Assembly: GCF_009914755.1 (NCBI RefSeq)
Contig: NC_060925.1
Strand: one strand, 5' to 3'
DNA: 64,000 nt
Source of the DNA: the human T2T-CHM13v2.0 reference genome, Homo sapiens
Position numbers and translations under genes: made by a program. Below the pieces are notes generated by a model. It saw only the letters and a program-made list of their open reading frames with translations. It made no database searches and was not told the DNA's origin. Shown piece by piece: positions 1 to 13,990 of the stretch; the stretch's first letter is position 1; every line of letters begins with the position of its first letter.

Positions 1-709
1 AAGTTTGCTGCAGGGGCAGTGTCCTCATGGAGAACCTCCACTAGGGCAGTGTGGAAGGGAAATGTGGGATCAGAATCCCCACACAGAGTCCATACTGGGG
101 CACTGCCTAGTGGAGCTGTGAGAAGAGGGCCACCATCTTCCAGACCTCAGAATGGTAGATCCACCAACAGCTTGCACCATGCACCTGGAAAAGCTGCAGA
201 CACTCAATGCCAGTCCATGAAAGCAGCTAGTCATGCTTAGACATATATGATTCACCAAGCATAATCTGATTAGTCATGATTATGAGGGAGGTTTTACCCT
301 GCAAATCCACAGGGGCAAAGCTACCCAAGACCACGGGAATGCACCACTTAAATCAGCATGACCCCGATGTGAGATGCGGAGTCAAAGATCATTTTGCAGC
401 TTTAAGATTTGACTGCCCCACTGGATTTCAGACTTGAATTGGGCCTGTAGCCCCTTAGTTTTGCACAATATCTCCCATTTGGAATGGCTGTATTTACCCA
501 ATGCCTGTGTCCCCATTGTATCTATGAAGTAACTAACTTGCTTTTGATTTTACAGGCTCATAGGTGGAAGGGACTTGCCTTATCTCAGATGAGACTTTGG
601 ACTGTGGAATCTTGAGTTAATGCTGAAATAAGACTTTGGGGGACTGTTGGGAAGACACGATTGGTTTTGAAATGGTAGGACATGATACTTGGGAGGGGCC
701 GGGGTGGAA
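1..709 (+). mobile_element. THE1-int (ERVL-MaLR internal region), 3' part
   Basis: Typical MaLR-int sequence (ggagctgtgagaagagggccacc..., gatgagactttggactgtgga). Ends in the polypurine tract gggaggggccggggtggaa (691-709), directly before an LTR. Confidence 0.9.
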
Positions 710-1063
710 TGATATGATTTGACTGTGTCCCCACACAAATCTCATCTTGAATTCCCACGTGTTGTGGGAGGGACCCAGTGGGAGGTAATTGAATCATGGG
801 GCCAGGTCTTTCCTGTGCTGTTCTCGTGATAGTGAATAAGTCTCATGAGATCCAATGGCTTTAAAAAGAGGAGTTTCCCTGCAAAACTCTTCCTCTTTGC
901 CTGCCACCATCCACGTAAGATGTGACTTGCTCCTCCTTGCCTTCCACCATGATTGAGGCCTCCCCAACCACATGGAACTGTGAGTCCAATTATATCTCTT
1001 TCTTCTATAAATTGCTTAGTCTCAGGTATGTCTTTATCAGCAGCATGAAAATGGACTAATATA
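710..1063 (+). mobile_element. THE1B-like 3' LTR
   Basis: Starts tgatatgatttgactgtgtcccc...aaatctcatcttgaattcccacgtgttgtgggaggga and ends ...gaaaatggactaatata; ~350 bp. Confidence 0.9.
786..796 (+). promoter_or_regulatory. DUX4-type binding motif TAATTGAATCA in THE1 LTR
   Basis: Exact taattgaatca; THE1/MaLR LTRs are established DUX4 targets. Function at this copy is untested. Confidence 0.5.
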
Positions 1064-1090
1064 GCATGCATTTTAAGTGGTATTGGGATC

Positions 1091-2171
1091 TTTTTTAAAA
1101 TTATACTTTAAGTTTTGGGATACATGTGCAGAACATGCAGGTTTGTTACATAGGTGTACACACGCCATGGTGGTTTGCTGCACCCACCAACCCATCACCT
1201 ACATTAGGTATTTTTCCTAATGCTATCCCTCCCCTAGCCCCCCACCCCCTGACAGGCCCCAGTGTGTGATGTTCCCCTCCCTGTATCCATGTGCTCTCAT
1301 TGTTCAACTCCCACTTATGAGTGAGAATATACAGTGTCTGGTTTTCTGTTCCTGTGTTAGTTTGCTAAGAATGATGGTTTCCAGCTTCATCCATGTCCCT
1401 GCAAAGGATGGCTGCATAGTAGTCCATGGTGTATATGTGCCACATTTTCTTTATCCAGTCTATCATTGATGGGCATTTGGGTTGGTTTCAAGTCTTTGCT
1501 ATTGTGAACAGTGCTGCAATAAACATACATGTGCATGTGTCTTTATAGTAGAATGATTTATAATCCTTTGGGTATATACCCAGTAATGGTATTGCTGGGT
1601 CAAATGGTATTTCTGGTTCTAGATCCTTGAGGAATCACCATACAGTCTCCCACAATGGTTGAACTAATTTACACTCCTACCAACAGTGTAAAAGCATTCC
1701 TATTTCTCCACATCCTCTCCAGCATCTGTTGTTTACTGACTTTTTAATGATCACCATTCTAACTGGCGTGAGATGGTATCTCATTGTGGTTTTGATTTTC
1801 ATTTCTCTAATGACCGGTGATGATGAGCTTTTTTTCATGTGTTTGTTGGCCGCATAATTGTCTTATTTTGAGAAGTGTCTTTTCATATCATTTGCCAGCT
1901 TTTTGACTAGAAAATCTAGAAGAAATGGATAAATTCCTGGACACATACACCCTTGCAAGACTAAACCAGGAAGAAGTCTAATCCCTGAACAGACCAATAA
2001 CAATTCTGAAATTGAGGCACCAATTAATAGTCTACCAACCCAAAAAAGCCCAGGACCAGTTGGATTCACAGGCGAATTCTACCAGAGGTACAAATAGGAG
2101 CTGGTACCATTCCTTCTGAGACTATTCCAAACAGTAGAAAAAGAGGGACTCCACCCTAACTAATTTTATGA
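1091..2171 (-). mobile_element. L1PA (approx. PA7-type), 5'-truncated with 5' inversion
   Basis: Minus-strand 3'UTR/ORF2 end 1091-~1903, then plus-strand ORF2 (ctagaaaatctagaagaaatggataaattcc...) ~1904-2171. Degenerate TSD ggatc(t/a)ttttt on both sides. Confidence 0.85.
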
Positions 2172-2871
2172 TGGATCATTTTTGTATTACATGTTGTTTC
2201 CCCTTTCTTTTCATTAAGTAATGTATATCTGTTGAAGTTGCTTTCTATTCATCTACTTGGTTACTTCTAACTGCTGCATGATTTTCATTCAGCACATTTT
2301 TCTAACCATTCTCCTGAAATGGACACCTACAGTGCTTCAAACTTCTCATCATCAAACACCCACCATCATGAATACACAGAATTGAACATCTTCAGTATGC
2401 CCTCTTATTGACCTGAGTGAGTAGTCTTTGGTAAATATGGCTAGACAGAATTGCCAGGTCCCGGGGGTACAGATGGGTGACTTATGCATATAGTGTCAGT
2501 TTGCTGTCCAGAATAGCTGCAGCAGTTGACTTTGTTATGTGTTCATTGTAGTATTGAGGGTTCCTATATCCCCTCATTCTCTCTAATATTTGGCATTCCA
2601 ACCCTTTCCCAACCCATTTTTCTTTTGCCAGTCAAATACATAAAAGTAATAGCTCACTAATCTAGCCTGTGTTCTCTGATGAGTCATGATTCTAAGTAGC
2701 TTGTTCATGTGCTTGTTAGTCCTTTGGGGTTCCACTTCTGTCAAATGTTTTTATACCTTTTAGTATTTTTGTCTTCTTGTTAATTATGAAGAGTTTCCAA
2801 TAAATTCTAAATAATTACATTTTAGTTTTTGGCATCAGAAATATAATTTCCTATGATTTCATCCATCTGTT

Positions 2872-3259
<388 letters not shown>

Positions 3260-3284
3260 TAATTTAGATGTAATTATATACATA

Positions 3285-3336
3285 TGAGAGAGAGAGAGAG
3301 CAAGATGGGGAGAGAGAGAGAGTGTGTGTGCGTGTA

Positions 3337-3378
<42 letters not shown>

Positions 3379-3386
3379 GAGAGAGA
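3285..3386. repeat. Compound (GA)n/(TG)n microsatellite
   Basis: Directly visible. Confidence 0.95.
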
Positions 3387-3716
3387 AAAAGGTAGAATTA
3401 GGTTGCCTTACATTATTTAATATGGTTTAAGAAATATTAATCCAAATTATTCAATTGCACTTTTCCATTAACTACATAAATTTAATATTCATTTTTAAAA
3501 TTTTTAATTTAATGTACAATTCATCTTTATATGTGATGTGTAGGAATTCAGTATTTTTTTCATATGTTGAGCCAGCTTTCTAATATCATCTGTCAAAGAA
3601 TTTATCTCCCCCCTTCCATTGATTTCTGATATCACCTTTACTGTACATTAATTTGCTCAACGCAAATGGCTTTGTCTCGGTATTCCTTATTCTGTTCTAT
3701 CAGTCTATTTGACCTT

Positions 3717-5148
3717 TTGTTTTTTTAATGTTAAAATTTTTAATCTTATGGGTATAATGCAGGTATATGGAATGTTTTGGTACAGGCATGCAATGCATAA
3801 TAATTACATCATGGAGAATGAGGTATCCATCTCCTCAAACATTTATTCTTTGTGTTACAAACAGTCCAATTATACTCTTTTAATTATTTTAAAATATACA
3901 ATTAACTTATTATTGACTATAGTCACCCTGCTATGCTATCAAATAGTAGGTCTTAGTTTTCTATTTTTTTTTTTTGTACCCATTAACCATTCCCACCTCC
4001 CCCTTATCCCCCAACTAGCCTTCCCAGCCTATGGGAACCATCCTTCTACTCTCTATGTCCATGAGTTCAATTGTTTTAATTTTTTGGTTTCACAAATAAG
4101 AGAGAACATGCAATGTTTGTGTTTCTGTGCCTGGCTTATGTCACTTCACATAATGATCTCCAGTTCCATCCGTGTTATTGCAAATGACAGGGTCTCATTC
4201 TTTTTTGTGGCTGAATAGTACCCCATTGTGTATATGTACCTCATTTTCTTTATCCATTCATTTGTTGATGGACACTTAGGTTGCTTCCAAATCTTGGCTA
4301 TTGTGAACAGTGCTGCAACAAACATGGGAGTGCAGATATCCCTTTGATACACTGATTTCTGTTACAGGCTGAAAGAGTGAGGGTCGTGATCAACTCAGTA
4401 TACCACTGGAGGCTATATGAGTAAGCAGCAAACTGTTTCTCATGCATGCAGAATGTTGGCAAGCTGAGAAATTGCGTCTGCCACCCAGAAGGAATGCTGA
4501 GGGCAGTCATGCCCCAAGCGCAGTGTTTCTTGTAATTAAGCACATCTGAAGCCTGTTAGTAATAATATGAACCAGTGATCAATTAAGCAGCTGACCAATC
4601 ATTACCTCCTCCTCCCTGCTTATCCTACCCAATAAATATGAAGGGCTGTGGAAGCTCAGGGGAGGCTGCCTTTGCTCACTAGAAGCAGGGAGCTCTCTTC
4701 TTCTTCCCCTGGACCCTTCCTTTAAAATGGTTTATTTTGTCTTTAAGTTTTCATTTCTACATTTGTCCCTTCGTCCAGTCTCGTAATGACAGTCTCAATG
4801 ACGGTCTCACGTAGTAACAGTAGTAACTGTCGTAGTGACGGTCTCAAGTAGTAATTGTGGCAGTCTGCCACAGATTTCCTTTCTTTTGGGTACATACCTA
4901 GGAGTGGAATTGCTGGATCATATGATAGCTCTATTTTTAATTATTTGAGGAACCTCCAAGGTCTTCTTCGTAGTGGTTGTGCTAATTTACATTCCCACCA
5001 ACAGTGTACGAGGGTTCCCTTTCCTCCACATCCTCACAACCATTTGTTATTGCCTGTCTTTTTGATATAAGCCATTTTAACTGGAGAAGTAGGATACCTT
5101 ATTGTAGTTTTGATTTGCATTTCTCTGATGATCAATGATGTTGACCAC
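3717..5148 (-). mobile_element. L1MA-type 3' fragment, split by an LTR
   Basis: L1MA 3'UTR (tacaggcatgcaatgcataataattacatc). ORF 4146-4352 reads ICTPMFVAALFTIAKIWKQPKCP (ORF2 C-terminus). TSD ctatttgacctt at 3705-3716 / 5149-5160. Confidence 0.88.
4360..4872 (+). mobile_element. Solo ERV LTR, probably HERV-K(HML)-class (LTR3/HML-6-like, tentative)
   Basis: TG...CA termini (tgttacag...ctgccaca), 513 bp, interrupts the L1 exactly, 6-bp TSD gatttc (4354-4359 / 4873-4878). Family assignment is from memory and TSD length only. Confidence 0.75.
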
Positions 5149-5160
5149 CTATTTGACCTT

Positions 5161-6690
5161 ATACCAATGCCATATTTTCTAATTGCTCCAGCTTTGGAGT
5201 GTGCCATAATATGTGATATGACAATACTGACATTTAACTCTTAAATTTTTAATCTGCTATAATTATCCATAGGCTTTTGGTCCTCCCTAAAAATTTAAAT
5301 ATAAACTATAAATAGAAAAAACATAAAAATAAATAGTAATTTTGATTGAGCTTGCATTTACTTAATAGATTAATTTGAGGAAGAATTGACATATTTATAA
5401 AATAAAAGCCTTCTATCCCAGTGCATGAAATTTCTTTCCATTTAATCAAATTATCGTTTCTATTCCTTACGAAAGGCCATGAAGTTTTGTGTATTCTTGC
5501 TTAGATTACTTCCTAGAGATTATTTTTCTTAACATTGTGAAAATCATTATTCTATATACTTTTTTTCTGGTTAGTTATTGTTGTTATTAATGCATGCTGC
5601 TGATTTTTGTAAGTTTGTCTTCTATCTGATAATCTTTCTGAATTCTCTTATTGGTGGTAAGAGTTTTGGTTGTTTTGTTGACAATTATATCCTCTGCAAA
5701 TAATGATGATTTTATCTCCTTTTCTCCTTATTGCAATGACAAATACTTCTACTTCTATACTGAGTAATATTTTCAAAGTAAATCACCTTGTCTTGTTCCA
5801 GTTCTCGAAAGAATTGGACTATGTGTTGTATAGTTTTATACTTGAATATTTATATTCAATTTAAAAGCCCTCTTATAGTTCTAATTTGCTATAATTAAAA
5901 ATCACAAATGAGTATTGAACCTTATGAAATAGTTTTCTGCTTTGAGATAATCAAAGATTTCTTATAATTTTGTTGATAGATTTTCCTGATCAATAATCAT
6001 TCTTTCATTAAGGAGGAAATTTCTTCTTAATTACACTTATTATTTTTAAAATATAATGTTGGATTTTATTAGTTAACATTGTATTTCAGATGTTTACATT
6101 CTGTTCCAAAGTGAAGTGGATCATAATATTTTTTTCTGGCACTGTCCTTTTCTAGTTTGGGAATCAAGAGTACAATAGCTTCAAAAATGGTCTTGGCAGC
6201 TTTATCTTCTTTTACTATTTAGGAGGAAGCTTCAATATGATAAGATTTGGTTTCTTAAAAGTACAGTAAAATTTACCTATAAAGTTACATGAGTCTAGGC
6301 TGTTGAAGAAGAGAAGTCTTTGATCACCTTTAAATATATATGTATATTTAAATAATATTTATCTACTCAAGTCCTCTACTCTTGTGCCAATATAACACTT
6401 TATAAATATAGTGTAATATATTTATTTTATTTAGCTTTTCAAACTTACTAGTACATAGATGTCGAAATAGTCGTATACATTCATATATGTGTATATAAAA
6501 CCTCTATCATGCTTGTATTTCTTTCCCATTTTTCATCCTATACTTTGTTTATTGGCGTCTTCTATTTTTTCCCTTGATTAATCTTATGAGATTTATCTCT
6601 ATCAGTGAGGTTTTTTTCAGATTCAGGTTTAGGTTGCTATTCTTTCATCAATTTTCCTGTTCTTTTATTTGTTTTATTTAATTCTTTGTA
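5161..6690 (-). mobile_element. Ancient L1ME ORF2 fragments
   Basis: Degenerate antisense L1 motifs (gttgacaattatatcctctgcaaataatga; ctgatttttgtaagtttgtcttctatctg). Confidence 0.6.
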
Positions 6691-7170
6691 TATATTTATG
6701 TGTCATGTGTGATATTTTAATGCAAGCATACAATGTATAATGATCAAATCAGGGTAATTGGGATATCTATCATCTTAAACATTTACTATTTCTTTGTTTT
6801 AGAAACATTACAATTCCACTCTTCTAGTTACTTTGAAATGTACAATAAATTATTGTTAACTACAGTGGCTCAATTGTGTTACCAAACACTAGACCTTATT
6901 CTTTCTTTCTAATTGTATTTCTGTACCAAATTAACTAATCCTTCTTGATCCTACTCCCCCACTACCCTTCCCAGCTCATGGTAAGCATCATTTTACTCTC
7001 GATCTCCATGAGATTATATTTTTAGCCCCCACATATAAATGAGAACATGTAATATTTGTCTTTCTGTGTCTGGCTAATTTCACTTAATATAATGTCATTC
7101 AGTTCCATTCTTCCTGTTACAAATGACAGGATTTAATTTTTTTACAGCTGAATAATATTTTATTGTGTAG
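6690..7170 (-). mobile_element. L1MA 3' end fragment
   Basis: atgatcaaatcagggtaattgggatatc...acatataaatgagaacatgtaatatttgtc...acaaatgacaggattt. Confidence 0.8.
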
Positions 7171-7299
7171 TTTCTTTCTTATTTTTGATGTTTGTTCCTG
7201 ATCTATTACAAATTTCTTGAGTTAAATGCATAGCTTTTAAAAAAACCTTTCTTGGTTCCTAAAAATTCATGAAAAATTTTTATTCCAAAAAAAATCAAT

Positions 7300-7980
7300 A
7301 AATAGAGGGCCCGAAATGATAGATTTGGGACTTTTATAGGATTGCAATATTGAAAAAAAATGCTTACAGACTAGAATACATACCTCCAAAAGCCAGGGTG
7401 AAATAACAACGAAATAATGACCAAAGCTCAAATGGCTTGTAAGATTTAATTTTAAAATTCTATAATTATAATTTGGAAAGCTCAATTTTGCTGAGAATTT
7501 TTGGAGAGAGCTTCTATTCTTCATAAAATGAATTTACAATCATACCAGGATGAAATAAAATTTTGAGATGGTCAGCGATTTTTCAACATTTAAGTGTACC
7601 AAAAAATTCAAAAGAATTATGGCTGAAGAGAATTTATTTGACGTTTTGTCTTGTAAAACTATTTTTTTGAAGAAACGGACACTGGATGGAGACAAAAAGA
7701 TAGCACAGGTGAAATGGGCTGAGATAGTCACCTGTCAATTCCACGAAACCTAAATGTAGAATACCCTCCATACAGCGAAATTTGCTCCAACTTATGGATA
7801 CCTTACCACCTGTGGGAAAGTATCTTCTCAATTAGAAGTAACATGGTCTACAGAGACGCATCAATTGAAGAAGCATGAAGTAAAAGACATTAAGGCAGGT
7901 TGTAGACAATTTTATGAAAAAATAAATATAATATGACCATATGGCAAGACAATATATTGCAGAAAAATAGCCTGATCAAG
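7300..7980 (+). mobile_element. Fossil mariner-family DNA transposon (internally deleted transposase; MARNA-like or uncatalogued)
   Basis: Hand translation gives colinear mariner motifs across frameshifts: KWLVRF (HTH, cf. RWFQRF), SAIFQHL, FLKKRTLDGDKKI (cf. FLxRIVTGDEKWI), EYPPYS..APT..YHL (cf. HPPYSPDLAPSDYHLF, 7759-7812), FYEK..WQ. Confidence 0.7.
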
Positions 7981-8037
7981 GTATTATTCTGCTTGTTATT
8001 TTTAAATATTCAGATAATCCACTTAAGAATTTATTAG

Positions 8038-8335
<298 letters not shown>

Positions 8336-8592
8336 TAGTTAAGAATTTTTACAATTTTAAGTATATAGATAGATGTTATTTTATTAGAGAAAAATTCACT
8401 TTTTCAAAATATTTTTGGATGAAACTAGTTTATAGGTTCATCAATAGAATAAAACCAAGTTGTAAATTAAGAAATAAATATTTCAAAAGTATACTGAATT
8501 ATTTTACTGATTTTCTCTCACTTCAGAACAGACCTGTTTTAATATTCCAATGATAAAATCACCCTAGCTATCAGAAATTTTGACTCTTTCTA

Positions 8593-9588
<996 letters not shown>

Positions 9589-9639
9589 ACAGTGGTTATT
9601 ATCCTCTAGATCAGCTCTTGATGTCAACTGCATCTCTAC

Positions 9640-9915
9640 AGATCATACCTTTATTCCAAGCAGGAAACAGGGAAAAGGGGAAAATACCAAAATAGGCTCA
9701 TGCCTCCTGCCAACATATACCCTTAGGAGATTTTTCCAGGGTTCTCACCAGACAATTTTGGCTTACATTTCATTGGCCACCCAGTACTTTCAGAGAGGCT
9801 AGTAAACATAATGCTTTAACTGGGCATGTTGCATTTTAGAATGTAACTGGGGATTTGATCCTAAAAATTAAGGGATGGGACTTACTTTTGCTAGGCAAAT
9901 GATAGTATCTGCCAC
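9640..9915 (-). mobile_element. Old ERVL/MaLR LTR fragment (MLT1K/LTR33-like)
   Basis: ttacatttcattggccac...gagaggctagtaaacata...gggcatgttgc resembles old LTR consensus. Confidence 0.4.
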
Positions 9916-9997
9916 ATGTATTCCCTTGTTTTGTCTACATTAAAGTTCCTCATTGCTGAAGATGGAGTGAGGGAAGCTTTGAATTTCCTCTTAAAAT

Positions 9998-12948
9998 CAA
10001 TGCTGTTCTGAAAAAACTTCTTAATTTAAAAATTTTAAGTTAAAAAATTTCTTTTAAAATTTCCTAAATTTTTTAAAATTTCCAGTCCACATCAAATTAA
10101 TATTTTAGTAAAGTATAATAAAATATAATTCAAAAATAAAATTGAAAAACACAGACAATAACCAGTTTTTATTATTAGATTCAAACAAACATTACCTTTT
10201 AATTAATATAGTTTGAATAAGCATAACAGAAAAATTATAGTTATCACTGAAATGTGCAGACAGGTGATTAAAATAGATAATTTCTATTACACTTGTAATT
10301 TTTGGTCAGTTGCAATTATGACTAAATAAGTTTTAAGTAAAATAGCCCTTCTGATTAAATGCCATATTCACACTTTGAAAACATACTATCTATGTATATC
10401 AATATTAATGTGATAAATGGGTTTGCTTTTTTCTCATATAATAGTGGTGAGACCTACGACAGCATTATTCCCATGAGAAAACGTGCATCTAAATTATTTT
10501 TATTTTGCTTTTATAACACTCAGAGTAGAGAAACCAGACCTACAGAGCTTTATTGACAGGAATGGAAGATGATATATTAAAGCAATTTTAGCAAGCTCTG
10601 GATAGTCATTTTTAATCTTTTATTCAAAATAAATAAAGCAAGTGTTGCTAAATTTTCAAATTCAATCCATCTGTACCCAGTTCCAACAATATATTCTAAA
10701 ATTTCTAGTTCAATTTAAATTATTTTTCAAAGAAAGAAATAGGTTGCAGATTCATGACTCTCCTAAGCATGCATCTCCTTTTGTTGAAAAATAAAATCCA
10801 AAATTCTATCACATTCTAAACTATTAGGTAATTTTTTGCAGATAAGCAATATCAGAATCATTATTTCATTGAAAATTATTGTGAAATTAATTGTCATAAT
10901 AATCTGTAGAAACCGTTTTTCCAAGCTTCTATCTTTCATTTTTGTCCTTTAATCTTATGTGCCTTTTAAAAATGCATCACATTCTTTTCTTAAATGGAAT
11001 TATTGAAATCATTAGAAATACTAATGTAGCTATCAGATAAGATATTTTTACAATGCTGTAAAAATCAGCAAGTCTAAATTTTTAATTCACAGCTTTAAGA
11101 AGATGGAAACAAATTGGTTTTTTACCTTGCAGAAATACTAACAGTTCCTTTCATAGTTCAAATAATTCCAATATAACTTTTCCCCTGGATGACAATTGTA
11201 TCTCAGCATACAAGAGTTGTTTACTATCAGCTTCCAAATTATCATAATAATGAAGAGAATTCTCAAATTTAACACATTTGTCTCTAAGCATTTCACAATT
11301 TTTACTATATCACTAATCACACTGTTTAGATCAGAAGACACTTTATTCATAACAACATTTTCTTGGTGAAGAAACTGGTGCATTGGTTTACATTCTAGTG
11401 CAAGCTCCATAATCTTCAACAGACTCCAAAATGTTTTCATCATTGCAGCTGTGCCATCAGAACATTCTCCTACACAAAACTTAAATTCCAAACCACATTT
11501 TAGATGATATAATTCTTAGGAGCTTTATGTAGTTACAAGTTAGCTGCGGTTGTCAGTAATGAAGCTGAAAGTCAAGTGCTTCCTTCATAGTATCGCGATT
11601 AAATTGGACATATATGAAAATAATTGTCATGGTAGTGGTGCCGGTGCATTTGTCAAAATGCAATAAAAATTATTTACCAGCTTTATTTCTTCTACAAATC
11701 TGTCTTCCTTATCACTAGTTCATTCCTGAACACACCAACCAACAGAATCACTGGAGAGTTCTACTTGAGTTCTCTTCTTGGTTGCAGATTTATTCCAAAT
11801 TTCAAAGTATCCATCTTTAATACATTCTCATATTAATGTATTGAGGTTGAAGTGTGTTGTTGCAGAGGTGCACTGGCTTATAAAGAATGAAACCATCAAA
11901 GCCCTACATGGGTTTGTTATTGTTTGTCTGTTTTAGCAATACGAAGTATTACTTTACAAGAAACCTACAGTGGCCTAGTATTTACAGGTATAGTATTTAT
12001 ACATATTCATATATGCTTATATACATTACAAGCATAGTATTTGAGCATATGCTCTGTCAGCTTTCTAATTTAATATTATTTCTTCAGTGTTTGAGTTTTC
12101 ATGTAGTTCTTCAAGTTTCATATGTTAATAGTACTTTTGCTCTGATGGTCTTATTGCTTTATTAGCTACTACATCTCTGCGATAACACACTTCAACCTCA
12201 ACTATGGTTACAAAATCAATATATGGGGGATCACACTTGTATGTCAAATCAATACAAACTCTTGGGATCTTCAATTTTTTAAATAACTTCTGTTTTCAAC
12301 ATTTGCTTTTCTACAACTGCCACATTCATAAGAGATGTGTCTTTTCTTGACAAAAAAAATCCAGTGACACTTATAGTACAAACTGAACATGAGAATTAAA
12401 AATAAACAAGACAAATATTTTCTATCCTATTATACTTGATACTATTCAGCTAAACTGAAAACCAGGCTTGATTTAAATTTAAGCTGAGTATAAAAATGAT
12501 AAGTTATAAAAATATATGCTTATATTTTCTCAAATTTTTGCATGCTTTTAGTTTCCAGATGATTAGCCAACTTTAAAATAATCATGTCATGTCATAACAT
12601 TATTCTACAATGCATTCAGGTCTCACTCCATGGGCATGCAACCTGTATATTCACACAGTTCCCCCCATTTTGTGTTGGGCTCAGGAAATTATGTAACCAG
12701 TCCTTGCTGACATGAAAAATATAACTCAAGGTACATGCAACTCACTTTCTGAGTTAGTCATACTCAAATTGGCTTATCCTCTGTTCAATGAGACTAGTCC
12801 ATTGACCACCTGCTTGGATATCATGCAATGTCAAGCAAATTGCTGTACACATGTCTCAATGTTTACTCTTCATTTCCAGGATTATCTCATCACACACTGG
12901 TAACGACCAGTCATGGATTGGCTCACAGGCCCACTTCAAGTGGCACTT
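9998..12948 (-). mobile_element. hAT-Charlie (Buster-type) DNA transposon fossil, near full length
   Basis: ORF 11138-11491 (EFKFCVGECSDGTAAM...HQFLHQE...DLNSVISDIVKIV) matches the Charlie/Buster DDE core (CxxH region). Adjacent VFLQGKKP, first-D region ~11610-11670 and BED-finger remnant ~12100-12250 are colinear. Ends are approximate. Confidence 0.85.
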
Positions 12949-13084
12949 TCCTAGACATTAAATCAGTGACCAATAAAATGAAGGAAGCAATGAATCCATT
13001 TGGATGTGGGAGCAGGGATCCCTAGAAATAACTAGAGGCCAGGAGTCTTCTCTTTGTGGATATGCCTGCTAGGATATTTGTTAA

Positions 13085-13415
<331 letters not shown>

Positions 13416-13879
13416 GCACTATGGTAAATTTTTAACAACAATCATTTAGCTGAGGAAGAAGGGGTGTGATTATTTCAAATGTGATGAGGCACAGGAAAAG
13501 TCAGAAATCATATACAAATTTTATGGTGTCTTGGCCTCCACCTCACCCTTTGCTAGCAGGAGTCAGCTACCTTCTCTCCCCTAGAGAACCAGAGTTACAG
13601 GATTAATGGAAAGCAGGCCTTGCCAGGGCTCCATAGCTTTTGACAAAGACTTGAAATTTGAATAAATTACCCTCACTGAAAGAAGGTGTCACTGTCTTTG
13701 AACATGAATAAATATAAATTAAGAGTAGAATTAGTTTAGGCTTCAAGGTTATGGCAGTGAGCACTCCCCAGTGATGACCTCTTACAGGAAAGAAAACAAA
13801 CGTTATCTTTTGAGGCATTTAAACTTGAGCTAAGGAGGAAAATCACAAGGAGCATTTTTGTTGCTCAAAGGCATGGAGT

Positions 13880-13990
13880 TTACATGGCTCAGAGGAGCCT
13901 GAAGAGGTTAAGTGGCTTGTCAGAGGTCATAAACTAATGAGATGCAGAACTGAGAACCAAACTGGGCCTCTAGCTGCTAAGCCTATCATT
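13880..13990 (-). mobile_element. MIR fragment
   Basis: gaggttaagtggcttgtcagaggtcata core. Confidence 0.6.

Noticed and set aside
4780-4860. Short interspersed repeats resembling a CRISPR-like array
   Set aside because: Irregular 10-20 bp duplications inside an LTR end; no constant spacer length, no cas genes, eukaryotic context.
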